A stretch of DNA of 63,094 nt, filler included. It is 7 parts of 7 records of this genome, joined end to end, with 100 filler letters (N's around TTAATTAATTAA, not from the genome) between each part and the next. Parts side by side here need not be neighbours in the genome. Positions count along the whole stretch, not along the records: positions 39,364 to 49,725 come from SRR31156797_10843; positions 49,826 to 55,422 come from SRR31156797_10848; 5 more parts are not named here. One strand, 5' to 3'. This document shows, piece by piece, positions 44,790-54,177 of the stretch. A program made the position numbers and the translations under genes. The stretch's first letter is position 1. Every line of letters begins with the position of its first letter. The notes under the pieces were generated by a model. The model was given only the letters and a program-made list of their open reading frames with translations. It was not told the DNA's origin and did not search any database.

Positions 44790-47414
44790 ATGAAACATAT
44801 GTTCTTAACCGCATTGATTGCAGCCATTTCGCTGTGTTCGTATGCCCAGGTTAAAACCTACACCACAACCAGAATTACAGAAACACGGCCCCAAATTGAT
44901 GGCACAATGAATGATGACGCATGGGATATTGTGGAATGGGGTGGTGATTTCATCCAGCAGGAACCCTACGAAAACAAACCTCCTTCCCAATCTACTTATT
45001 TCAAAATTCTTTACGACGATAACTTCCTTTATGTGGGAGTAATGGCTTTTGACAGCGTTCCATCTGAAATTGTAAAACGTATGTCGCGCAGGGATGGCTT
45101 CGAAGGGGATTTTGTGGAGATCAACATCGACAGCCATTTCGATAAAATGACGGCATATTCCTTTACTGTGAATGCGGCCGGCGTAAAAGGTGATGAATTG
45201 ATTACAGAAGATGGCGAAAACTGGGACGACACATGGGACCCGATCTGGTACACCAAAACAACGGTTAACGATTCAGGATGGGTTGCTGAAATGAAGATTC
45301 CTTTCACCCAGCTCAGATTCGGTAAAAAAGATGTCCACACCTGGGGCATCCAGTTTACCCGCAGGCTGTTCCGTTTCGAGGAGCGATCGATCTGGCAGTT
45401 CGTTCCGCGTGAAGAAAATGGCTGGGTTTCGAAGTTTGGAGAATTGTATGGAATTGAAGGCATTAAACCTAAACGGCAAATCGACCTTGTACCCTATTTA
45501 GTAGCCAGGCAGGAATATCTTGAGAAGGATGATGAAAATCCTTATGCCACAGGTAAAAAAAGTTCACTTGATGCAGGTATTGACGGCAAGATTGGCGTGA
45601 CAAATGATCTCACCCTGGATTTCACAATCAACCCGGATTTTGGCCAGGTAGAAGCAGACCCTTCAGAGGTTAACCTTTCAGCCTATGAAACCTATTTTGA
45701 GGAAAAGCGGCCCTTTTTTGTGGAAAGCAATAACATTTACAATTTTCAGATTACCGGTGGCGGAAATCCTTATTCCAGCGACAATCTGTTTTATTCACGC
45801 AGAATTGGAAGAACCCCACACCACTATCCTGAATTGGACGACAACGAATACGCTGATACACCTGAGAACAGTACAATTCTGGGTGCTTTCAAGCTGAGTG
45901 GAAAAACCAAAAACGGGTGGTCTGTCGGGATTCTTGAGAGTGTTACACAACGTGAGATGGCAGAAATCTCAAACAACGAAACCACACGTAAGGAGGAGGT
46001 TGAGCCGCTGACCAACTATTTTGTCGCCAGGCTCGAAAAAGATATCAACAAAGGAAATACAGTTATTGGCGGAATGTTCACTTCAACAAACCGTAAAATC
46101 GAAAATCCCGAAATCGATTACCTGCCTAAAAATGCCTATACAGCCGGGTTCAATTTTAAACACTTCTGGAAAAACAAGGCATACATGTTTGCCATCCGGA
46201 CTGTTTTTAGCTCGGTGAATGGTGACTCATCTGCGATGCTTCATCTGCAGGAATCACCCGTGCGCTACCTTCAGCGGCCTGATGCCCAAGGTTATTTGGG
46301 TGTGGATTCAACGCGCACCTCCTTACAAGGCCATGGCGGAACCATTGAAATCGGAAAAACCGGAGAAGGCCACTGGCGATACATTGCCTGGGTAACCTGG
46401 AGGTCGCCGGGACTGGAACTGAACGATGTGGGATACCTGCGTAGCGCGGATGACATTCAACAGGTTTTTTGGGCAGCTTACAGGATCTGGGAGCCTTTCA
46501 GCATTTTCAGGCGACTCAACATCAACTTTAATCAGTGGACAGGATGGGATTTTGGCGGACGAAATACCTATTGGGGGCTAAACACCAACCTGAACACACA
46601 ATTCAAAAACTACTGGTTTGCCTGGGGCGGATTAAACTTTGACGGCCCATCACTAGCCAAATCAGATTTGCGGGGCGGCCCGTCACTCAGGTATGATGCC
46701 GGCTGGAACTACTGGGCAGGATTTGAAACAGATAGCCGAAAACAGATTTCCTTCGACCTGAACGGTTTCCAGTACCAACGTTTTAACGGTTCATCTAATA
46801 ATTGGGAATTTAGTGTTTCGGCTATATACAGGCCCAGCGACAGGGTGCGGATATCTCTTGGCCCGTTTTACAATAAAAACGATTACAATCTGCAATATAT
46901 CGAAACGACAGATTTCAACGGCAGTGACAGGATGATCACAGGACGAATAGACCAAACAACTTTTGGCATGACAGGTCGAATAGATGTCAGCATCACTCCG
47001 GATTTCACCATCCAGTATTATGGGCAACCATTTATGTCGAGTGGCAGCTACAATAACCTCAATCGCATAACCGATCCCCAATCCGATACATACGAAAATC
47101 GTTTTCATGTTTTTAGTGATGAAGAGATTACATACGATGCAGAGGGAGAAATTTATAATATAGACGAAAACCGGGATGGTATGATTGATTATTCGGTCGA
47201 AAATCCCAATTTCGACTTTCTCCAGTTTCGATCAAATCTGGTAGTTAGGTGGGAATACATTCCAGGATCAACGGTTTACCTGGTGTGGTCGCAGGGCCGA
47301 ACGGATTTTGACAGCAAGGGCAATTTCCTATTTGGCAGAAACTGGGAAAACCTTTTCAACACCCATCCCCACGATGTTTTCCTGCTAAAGGTGAGCTACA
47401 GGATTGGGGTCTAG
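44790..47414 (+). CDS. CBM9-like N-terminal domain plus DUF5916-type outer-membrane protein
   Basis: Signal peptide; TINPDFGQVEAD, YFEEKRPFF, LFYSRRIG; RWEYIPGSTVYLVW near the C-terminus. Confidence 0.82.
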   Translation: MKHMFLTALIAAISLCSYAQVKTYTTTRITETRPQIDGTMNDDAWDIVEWGGDFIQQEPYENKPPSQSTYFKILYDDNFLYVGVMAFDSVPSEIVKRMSRRDGFEGDFVEINIDSHFDKMTAYSFTVNAAGVKGDELITEDGENWDDTWDPIWYTKTTVNDSGWVAEMKIPFTQLRFGKKDVHTWGIQFTRRLFRFEERSIWQFVPREENGWVSKFGELYGIEGIKPKRQIDLVPYLVARQEYLEKDDENPYATGKKSSLDAGIDGKIGVTNDLTLDFTINPDFGQVEADPSEVNLSAYETYFEEKRPFFVESNNIYNFQITGGGNPYSSDNLFYSRRIGRTPHHYPELDDNEYADTPENSTILGAFKLSGKTKNGWSVGILESVTQREMAEISNNETTRKEEVEPLTNYFVARLEKDINKGNTVIGGMFTSTNRKIENPEIDYLPKNAYTAGFNFKHFWKNKAYMFAIRTVFSSVNGDSSAMLHLQESPVRYLQRPDAQGYLGVDSTRTSLQGHGGTIEIGKTGEGHWRYIAWVTWRSPGLELNDVGYLRSADDIQQVFWAAYRIWEPFSIFRRLNINFNQWTGWDFGGRNTYWGLNTNLNTQFKNYWFAWGGLNFDGPSLAKSDLRGGPSLRYDAGWNYWAGFETDSRKQISFDLNGFQYQRFNGSSNNWEFSVSAIYRPSDRVRISLGPFYNKNDYNLQYIETTDFNGSDRMITGRIDQTTFGMTGRIDVSITPDFTIQYYGQPFMSSGSYNNLNRITDPQSDTYENRFHVFSDEEITYDAEGEIYNIDENRDGMIDYSVENPNFDFLQFRSNLVVRWEYIPGSTVYLVWSQGRTDFDSKGNFLFGRNWENLFNTHPHDVFLLKVSYRIGV

Positions 47415-47560
47415 TAAAAAACGACGTATTTTTCTGAAATTAGTTTACCTGATTTTATCAGAGATTCTACTTCCATTTTTTGTATTTGGAAACCTATCAA
47501 AACAACTTTTCCTATCTTTGGCAGGAACCAAACCACATTAAAAATTTAAACCATTAAACA

Positions 47561-47773
47561 ATGAAAGTTTCAACCAGAAATATGCTCAAGGGAACTGTTA
47601 AGAAAATCGAGCACGGAGCCGTAAATTCAGAAGTGACCATTGAACTCCCCGGCGGACAGGAAATCGTTTCCATTATTACCAAAACCTCTTCGGATAACCT
47701 GGATCTGGTAGTTGGAAAAGAAGTGCATGCCTTCATTAAGGCCTCCAATGTTATGGTTGCCGTGGATGATTAA
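47561..47773 (+). CDS. Molbindin / TOBE (Mop) molybdate-binding protein
   Basis: STRNMLKGTV...VSIIT..S...L.L..G..V.A.IKASNV. TATCTTTG promoter at 47513-47520. Confidence 0.88.
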   Translation: MKVSTRNMLKGTVKKIEHGAVNSEVTIELPGGQEIVSIITKTSSDNLDLVVGKEVHAFIKASNVMVAVDD

Positions 47774-47777
47774 AGGA

Positions 47778-47864
47778 GTTATTTGTTATTAGATGTCACG
47801 GACAATAACATTATAACCAATAACTTAATAACCTAATAACCTTTAACTTAATAACTTATTAACC
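47778..47864. repeat. Inverted GTTATT / AATAAC repeat element
   Basis: GTTATT twice, TGTC-ACG-GACA hairpin, then eight AATAAC-like copies at 7-8 bp period. Confidence 0.8.
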
Positions 47865-47878
47865 CAGAGTCTCCTCAC

Positions 47879-49267
47879 ATGAAAAACATTTTAACCTCCA
47901 TTCTCTTGCAGCTCCTCATGCTCACTCTGCCTGCTGAAGAAGTCACCATGATCGTTTTATCACTTCCTGAAAACACTCCACCCGAAGACAACATTTTTGT
48001 GGCAGGTAATTTTAACGGCTGGAATCCTGGTGACCCAGGCTCCATGCTTGCAGAAAATTCCAATGGACAATTGGAAATCACCCTGGAGGGTGAAGCCTCC
48101 ATAGAGTTTAAATTTACTCGGGGCAGTTGGGAAACTGTGGAAGGCAATGAAAATGGCGGCTTTCTCCCGAACCGGACTTTTACCTTTGGCACTGCCGACA
48201 CGCTCGAAATAACAATACTAAGCTGGGAAGATCTTGGCGGAAATAACCACACAGCCGCCGAAAATGTGATCATCATGGATGAGGATTTCTATATGCCGCA
48301 ATTCGACCGCTATCGCAGAATCTGGCTTTATCTTCCTCCGGATTATGATTCCACCACGAAAAATTATTCTGTACTTTACATGCACGATGGCCAAAACATT
48401 TTTGATGCGGCAACCTCCTTTGCCGGCGAGTGGGAAGTGGATGAAACCCTGAACGAAATGTACGGTGACGGTCATGAAGTACCCATTGTTGTTGGCATTG
48501 ACAATGGTGGTAGTGACCGGATTGATGAATACACACCATGGGCAAACCCACAGTATGGCGGTGGCGATGGCGACCTTTATGCACAGTTCATCGTGGAAAC
48601 CCTAAAACCATATATCGACGAAAACTATAGAACTAAGCCAGATCGGGAATCTACCGGTGTGATGGGAAGTTCGCTGGGTGGGCTTATTTCGCATTATATC
48701 GGGATAAAATACCAGGATGTATTCAGCAAAGTGGGTATCTTTTCACCATCTTATTGGTTTACAGGCGACATGTATGATTACACCTACGAAACCGGAAAAC
48801 AGGATGATATGCGGTTTTACATCATGGGCGGAACCGATGAAGGAGCGGGCCTTGTGGATGAAATGAATGCCATGGCAGATACCCTGCAGGCCGCAGGTTT
48901 CACCCCGGATGAAATGACAATAAAGGTTGTGGAAGGCGGACAGCATAACGAAGCACTTTGGCGGCAGGAGTTTGGAGAGGCCTGTGAATGGATGTTTTTG
49001 GATGGAGCAACAGGAATAGACCAGCATGTGATTGAATCCCAAATGGAGATGGTTATGAATGGTAAAAATTTAACCATTAGAAATGCAAGTTCTTCCTTCT
49101 CGTCACTGAAATTAAAGATATTCACATTGTCTGGACAGCTGGCCGGGATTTATAGCGTGAGAGAAAATGAGGAATTTTCGATACCGAATCACATCCAAAA
49201 AGGCATTTACATTTTTCAGATTGTTGGAGACAAATTCCCGGTGGCACAAAAAATGTACGTGCCATAA
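47879..49267 (+). CDS. Secreted alpha/beta-hydrolase (IroE/Fes esterase-like) with N-terminal CBM20-like domain and probable T9SS C-terminal domain
   Basis: FVAGNFNGWNP/FKFTRGSWETVE, YMHDGQN, GSSLGG, HNE; C-terminal KGIYIFQI...K. Confidence 0.82.
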   Translation: MKNILTSILLQLLMLTLPAEEVTMIVLSLPENTPPEDNIFVAGNFNGWNPGDPGSMLAENSNGQLEITLEGEASIEFKFTRGSWETVEGNENGGFLPNRTFTFGTADTLEITILSWEDLGGNNHTAAENVIIMDEDFYMPQFDRYRRIWLYLPPDYDSTTKNYSVLYMHDGQNIFDAATSFAGEWEVDETLNEMYGDGHEVPIVVGIDNGGSDRIDEYTPWANPQYGGGDGDLYAQFIVETLKPYIDENYRTKPDRESTGVMGSSLGGLISHYIGIKYQDVFSKVGIFSPSYWFTGDMYDYTYETGKQDDMRFYIMGGTDEGAGLVDEMNAMADTLQAAGFTPDEMTIKVVEGGQHNEALWRQEFGEACEWMFLDGATGIDQHVIESQMEMVMNGKNLTIRNASSSFSSLKLKIFTLSGQLAGIYSVRENEEFSIPNHIQKGIYIFQIVGDKFPVAQKMYVP

Positions 49268-49725
49268 ATTTCCAACTGACCTAAGAAAGGGCAAATGATT
49301 GTAAGACTTAATCCCATTTACCCAGAAAGGAATAGAATCAGGGTAGATCAACATTTTCAATAATCGCTTTCTACAAAAATGTAATAATACTGAGATTTTT
49401 TATCACATAAATGGGATATGCATTGAAGGCTGTTCTTATTAGGCTACTATTGTTGGGATACGTTATTTAATCCCTAAAACACTTGTGAAACTACGAAGGA
49501 GTGACATCACTCATTAATGAGTATCCTATCAGAAAGTCCAGAAAACCATATCAGCCATTCAGAGTTTGTTTCTAACTTTTGATACGCTATTCCTTTTGAG
49601 GCAAACCTTTACAATATCATTGGCCAAAATTTATCTTCATCCGAAAGCACAACCGGAGTAATAACCTGAGTTCGATATATGAAACGCTTGGTTCTTTACT
49701 TGTTTTGAGTAAGTTATCGCTAACT

Positions 49726-49825
49726 NNNNNNNNNNNNNNNNNNNNNNNNNNNNNNNNNNNNNNNNNNNNTTAATTAATTAANNNNNNNNNNNNNNNNNNN
49801 NNNNNNNNNNNNNNNNNNNNNNNNN
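49726..49825. other. Artificial contig spacer
   Basis: N44-TTAATTAATTAA-N44. Confidence 0.98.
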
Positions 49826-49826
49826 T

Positions 49827-51155
49827 TTTGTAGGACCTCCAGGTGTTGGTAAAACATCTCTAGCAAACTCTATTTCTCAAGCACTTAAAAGACCTCTTGT
49901 AAGAATAGCTTTAGGTGGTATGGAAGATGTAAATGAGTTAAGAGGTCATAGAAGAACTTATGTTGGAGCTATGCCAGGTAGAATTGTAAAAGGATTAATG
50001 GATGCAAAAAGCATGAATCCTGTTATGGTTTTAGATGAGGTAGATAAACTAGGAGCAAACCATAGAGGTGACCCTACAGCTGTTATGTTAGAGGTTTTAG
50101 ACCCTGAACAAAACAATGAGTTTAGAGACCTTTATCTTAACTTTGCAATCGATTTATCACAAGTGATTTTTGTAGCAACAGCAAATGATGCTAGAAGAAT
50201 CCCTGCACCACTTAGAGATAGAATGGAGTTTATTGAGATGTCATCTTATACTCCAAATGAAAAATACCATATCTCAAAAGATTACCTAATTCCTCAAGAG
50301 TTAGAGAAACATGGTTTAAAAAGAAGTGAAATTGTTTTATCAAAAACTACAATTGAAACTATCATCTCTAAATATACAAGAGAAGCTGGTGTTAGAAATC
50401 TAAGAAGAGTATTTGCTAAACTATTTAGAAAAGCAGTTACTAAACTTCTAAAAAATAGAGACCTTAAAAAAGTTTCAATCAATACTAAAAACCTAACTGA
50501 GTTTTTAGATAATCCAATTTTTGAAATTGACCCAGCAGATAAGAAAAACTCTATTGGGGTAACTAATGGTTTAGCTTGGACAGCTGTTGGTGGAGATGTT
50601 TTAAAAACTGAAGCTATTAAACTTAGAGGAAAAGGTATTTTAAATGTAACTGGAAATATGGGAGATGTGATGAAAGAATCATCAAGAATCTCTTATTCAG
50701 TTGTAAAACTTTTAATTGATAATAAAAAATTAAAAATAGACAAAAAAATCATTCCTATGACTGCAAAAGAGGAAGAAGAGAATACAAAACTTGAACCAAG
50801 TGAAGTTTATAAGAGATTTGATATTCATTTACATATTCCAGAAGGTGCAACTCCCAAAGATGGACCAAGTGCAGGTATAACAATGGCTACAACAATTGCT
50901 TCTATTTTAAGTGAAAAAGAAGTTAGGTCAGATATTTGTATGACTGGTGAACTTACACTTACTGGAAAAGTTCTTCCAATTGGTGGATTAAAAGAGAAGC
51001 TTATTGCAGCATTTAAAGCAAAAATGAAACTAGCTTTAATTCCAAGAAAAAATTTCCAAAGGGATTTAGAAGAGATTCCTCAGGAAGTGAAAGACGCAAT
51101 GGAGATTAAAGCAGTAGATACTATTGATGATGTTTTAAAAGAAGCATTAGTTTAA
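49827..51155 (+). CDS. lon: Lon protease, 5'-truncated
   Basis: GPPGVGKT, RGHRRTYVGAMPG, PKDGPSAG, PIGGLKEK. Confidence 0.96.
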   Translation, partial: FVGPPGVGKTSLANSISQALKRPLVRIALGGMEDVNELRGHRRTYVGAMPGRIVKGLMDAKSMNPVMVLDEVDKLGANHRGDPTAVMLEVLDPEQNNEFRDLYLNFAIDLSQVIFVATANDARRIPAPLRDRMEFIEMSSYTPNEKYHISKDYLIPQELEKHGLKRSEIVLSKTTIETIISKYTREAGVRNLRRVFAKLFRKAVTKLLKNRDLKKVSINTKNLTEFLDNPIFEIDPADKKNSIGVTNGLAWTAVGGDVLKTEAIKLRGKGILNVTGNMGDVMKESSRISYSVVKLLIDNKKLKIDKKIIPMTAKEEEENTKLEPSEVYKRFDIHLHIPEGATPKDGPSAGITMATTIASILSEKEVRSDICMTGELTLTGKVLPIGGLKEKLIAAFKAKMKLALIPRKNFQRDLEEIPQEVKDAMEIKAVDTIDDVLKEALV

Positions 51156-51158
51156 TAT

Positions 51159-51728
51159 ATGAGAAGAGGAGCAAGAGATAGTCAAGTTGTTAACAACTTT
51201 TTCACTTTTGCTTCTATTGTCATTATCTCAATTGTCGTAATATTTTATACTAAATATATCGTAAAAGACCCCACAAAAGAACCACACAATTTAGCTAAAA
51301 TCCAATGTGAACAAGATAGTTTTACAAAAGTAATAGTAAGTAATAAAAAGCTTTTGAAAAAGTCAATAAATGCTTTAAACAAAGGTTACTATAAAGTAAA
51401 TGGCTCTTTCTTAGAAAACGAAAACTCTAATTCATCTTTTAGTAAAATTGTTTCAATTGAAGAGCTAGAAAACTATTATAAATCTTTAATAGGTATTGAG
51501 CCTAAAAAAGAGATAGAAAAGTATTTAAATATAAGATTTGAACTAATAGAATATGATAAAAAAGATGAATCTGCCAATTTAAGTGTAGGAAAAATAAAAA
51601 GCTCTTTTAGAATAAATTCTAAAGAGTTATTTCACTTTGAAAGTGATATAAAGTTTATGTATAAAAATGCAATCTTAAGTAGAATAGATTGCTCAATGAA
51701 GGTTTATAAAAATTATGTTGAAAACTAA
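51159..51728 (+). CDS. Hypothetical protein with N-terminal TM anchor
   Basis: Tightly packed in the lon-rhomboid operon; one TM helix. Confidence 0.7.
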   Translation: MRRGARDSQVVNNFFTFASIVIISIVVIFYTKYIVKDPTKEPHNLAKIQCEQDSFTKVIVSNKKLLKKSINALNKGYYKVNGSFLENENSNSSFSKIVSIEELENYYKSLIGIEPKKEIEKYLNIRFELIEYDKKDESANLSVGKIKSSFRINSKELFHFESDIKFMYKNAILSRIDCSMKVYKNYVEN

Positions 51729-52245
51729 AGATTTAACTTTAACTAATATTACAATATTTATAACGGTTATTATGTATTTGTTACAAACGAATATCAACTA
51801 TGGAAGTTTGTATATGGGGCTTAATATGTATTTTACTCAAGGTGGCTTTTATTGGCAACCATTAAGCTCAATGTTTGCTCACGGTGGTTTAGGTCACTTA
51901 GGTATGAATATGTTTGTTTTGTATCAGTTTGGTAATCTAATAGAAAGATTTAGAGGCAAAAAAGAGTTTTTTATCATATATTTTGTAGGTGGGCTTCTAA
52001 CTTCACTTCTAAGTTTTGCATATATTTACTATCTTGACCATCAAGTTAATCTTGTAGGTGCATCGGGAGCAATCTGTGTACTAATGGGATATATCGCATA
52101 TTTTGACAGGTTTCAAAGAAAAGGTATCATAACTTGGGTTTTAATAATCTCTGTTGCACCACTTTTAATTGGACTTCCTATCGCTTGGTATTCTCACTTT
52201 ATAGGCTTAGGTATAGGTTTTATTTTTGGGATTTTAAGAAGATAA
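51715..52245 (+). CDS. Rhomboid family intramembrane serine protease
   Basis: HGGLGHLGMNM, VGASG, HFIG. Confidence 0.92.
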   Translation: MLKTKDLTLTNITIFITVIMYLLQTNINYGSLYMGLNMYFTQGGFYWQPLSSMFAHGGLGHLGMNMFVLYQFGNLIERFRGKKEFFIIYFVGGLLTSLLSFAYIYYLDHQVNLVGASGAICVLMGYIAYFDRFQRKGIITWVLIISVAPLLIGLPIAWYSHFIGLGIGFIFGILRR

Positions 52246-52287
52246 GGATAGGGATTTGCTATCAAGAAAAATAAGATTTATCAAATT

Positions 52288-53091
52288 ATGAAATATAAAT
52301 TTATAGAAGACAAGAACTCACCTTTTGGTTTTACTGTAAAAGTTGAAGATGAAAAATCTTTTGAAAAAACTTTATGCACAATTCACTTAGATAGTGAATA
52401 TATAAGATTTTCTATCTTTGTCTTTTCACGGTGTATTCACTATTTATTTGATAAAAATAAAAATCATATTTCGTGGGAACAAAGAGAAAAAGAGATTGAA
52501 AACTTACCCCTTGAAGAAAAAGTTTTTGCTGATGGATATAAAGTTCTTAGAAAAAGAGAAGTTCAAATTTTAGATGATGAATCCCAAGATGGAAGAGAAT
52601 ATATCATTGATACTTTATATTTAAATGATGAATTTCAAACTTCAAAAAGAGAAATTGAACTTTATCCTATGGATAAAATTTATTTTGATTATACAAATGT
52701 TAGAAAAAGCCAAGATGAATATAGAGAAAAAAGAGAAACAAATGAAGCTTTATATTTAGACCCAAATACTTCAAAAGAAAAAAGAATAGAGATACTTTAT
52801 GAAGAAGTAGCATGTGATACAGCAATCTTGGCTTATCATCCTATGGTAAGAGATAGTGATGAACTATATGATATGAGATATTACGAAAAATATTTAAAAT
52901 ATTACTACAGTAAAGTTTCTAATATGGAAGAAAATTATATAGAGTATTTAAAAGCATACTTTGCAGGACTTAGAGAAAGTGCTATTGATGATATAGAAGG
53001 TGAAGAAGAATTAAATATAATAAAACAACTGTGTAAAGAAGCAAAGTTTATGGATATATTTAATGAGTATATGAAAAAAGATAATAAATGA
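52288..53091 (+). CDS. Hypothetical protein (acidic, Tyr-rich)
   Basis: 267-aa ORF in AT-rich DNA; ATGA-type overlap with the next gene. Confidence 0.7.
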   Translation: MKYKFIEDKNSPFGFTVKVEDEKSFEKTLCTIHLDSEYIRFSIFVFSRCIHYLFDKNKNHISWEQREKEIENLPLEEKVFADGYKVLRKREVQILDDESQDGREYIIDTLYLNDEFQTSKREIELYPMDKIYFDYTNVRKSQDEYREKRETNEALYLDPNTSKEKRIEILYEEVACDTAILAYHPMVRDSDELYDMRYYEKYLKYYYSKVSNMEENYIEYLKAYFAGLRESAIDDIEGEEELNIIKQLCKEAKFMDIFNEYMKKDNK

Positions 53092-53291
53092 AAGAGATTT
53101 ATCAAAGAATTTTACTAATTTGTGGTGTTTTATTTTTATCTTTTGTTGTAGGAGTAATACTAAAATATTTTGGTCTACTTGATATTGGAGGAGATGGAGC
53201 CCATGGTTTAAAATATCAAGAAAAAAAAGAACAAGCGAAATATAACAATAATATGAAAAATCTTACACAAGATGTTTTAAGGGATAAATAG
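53088..53291 (+). CDS. Small single-TM hypothetical protein
   Basis: Translational coupling and a hydrophobic helix. Confidence 0.6.
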   Translation: MKEIYQRILLICGVLFLSFVVGVILKYFGLLDIGGDGAHGLKYQEKKEQAKYNNNMKNLTQDVLRDK

Positions 53292-53497
53292 TGAATCCCA
53301 AACAAAAAAGAAATCTAGTTGTTGCATATCTCGTTTTATTTTCTATTATTATCTGGGGTATATTTTTTAATGAAAATAAAGAAGAATATAGAGAAGAAAC
53401 TTTTCTTTCAAGTGAACAAATAAATATACTTTCAAATTCACTTGCTAGTCCTAGTGAAAATGATATTGTTATTAAAGAAAAAGAAAATGATAAATAG
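53291..53497 (+). CDS. Small single-TM hypothetical protein
   Basis: GTG overlaps the previous stop; AAGGGA SD; TM helix. Confidence 0.55.
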   Translation: MNPKQKRNLVVAYLVLFSIIIWGIFFNENKEEYREETFLSSEQINILSNSLASPSENDIVIKEKENDK

Positions 53498-53825
53498 AAT
53501 TAAAACACTGTTTCAAAAAACATATGAAGTTTCTAAAGTAGATTTGAAAACAAAAAAGAAAAATTCTTTTAGAAGTTTTGAAAAAAATTTTGAAGCTAGA
53601 GAGTTCGTAAAAAAAATATTAGATGAAAAGTTAAAATTACTATGTCCTAAGTCAAAAAGTGAATATACTTTAGCTGATGATTATTTTCAAAAAAGAGAAT
53701 ATAAATTAGTAATTTCCAATTGTGATTTTGATGAAGATAAATATATCAAAGAAAAAGCCCCTCAAATATTTAATCAACAACTCGCAAATGCCATAAACAA
53801 AGCATTTCAAAAAGCTTCCGGATAA
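53487..53825 (+). CDS. Hypothetical basic protein
   Basis: ATG 53487 overlaps the previous gene end. Confidence 0.55.
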   Translation: MINRIKTLFQKTYEVSKVDLKTKKKNSFRSFEKNFEAREFVKKILDEKLKLLCPKSKSEYTLADDYFQKREYKLVISNCDFDEDKYIKEKAPQIFNQQLANAINKAFQKASG

Positions 53826-53865
53826 AATGAAAATAAAAAACAATAATCTGAAAACTTAACTTCTT

Positions 53866-54033
53866 TTACTGTGGCATAAAATAAGTTACAACTGTCATAA
53901 CAACTAAAACAAAAGCAATACCTATAAAAATCTCTTTTAACTTTACTGTTGGGTTTAAAATTCCACAGTATGGACATCTTCTAAGTTTAGGTTTTATTTC
54001 ACTTTTACAGTTTCTACAAGGTTCTAGTTCTAT
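53866..54033 (-). CDS. Small zinc-ribbon membrane protein (probable ATA start)
   Basis: CRNC...CPYCG plus a C-terminal TM helix. SD AAAGGA lies 6 nt before ATA 54033. Confidence 0.6.
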   Translation of the reverse strand: MELEPCRNCKSEIKPKLRRCPYCGILNPTVKLKEIFIGIAFVLVVMTVVTYFMPQ

Positions 54034-54177
54034 CTTGCATCCTTTAAAAAATACTATTTGAATTATAACTAATAGATACTTCATCCTCTACGCTTTAAAG
54101 CATAAAAATCAATTTTAAGTATATAAATTATAAAATATTATAAGTTATACTTAAGAAGAAAAATCAAGGTAAACCTT

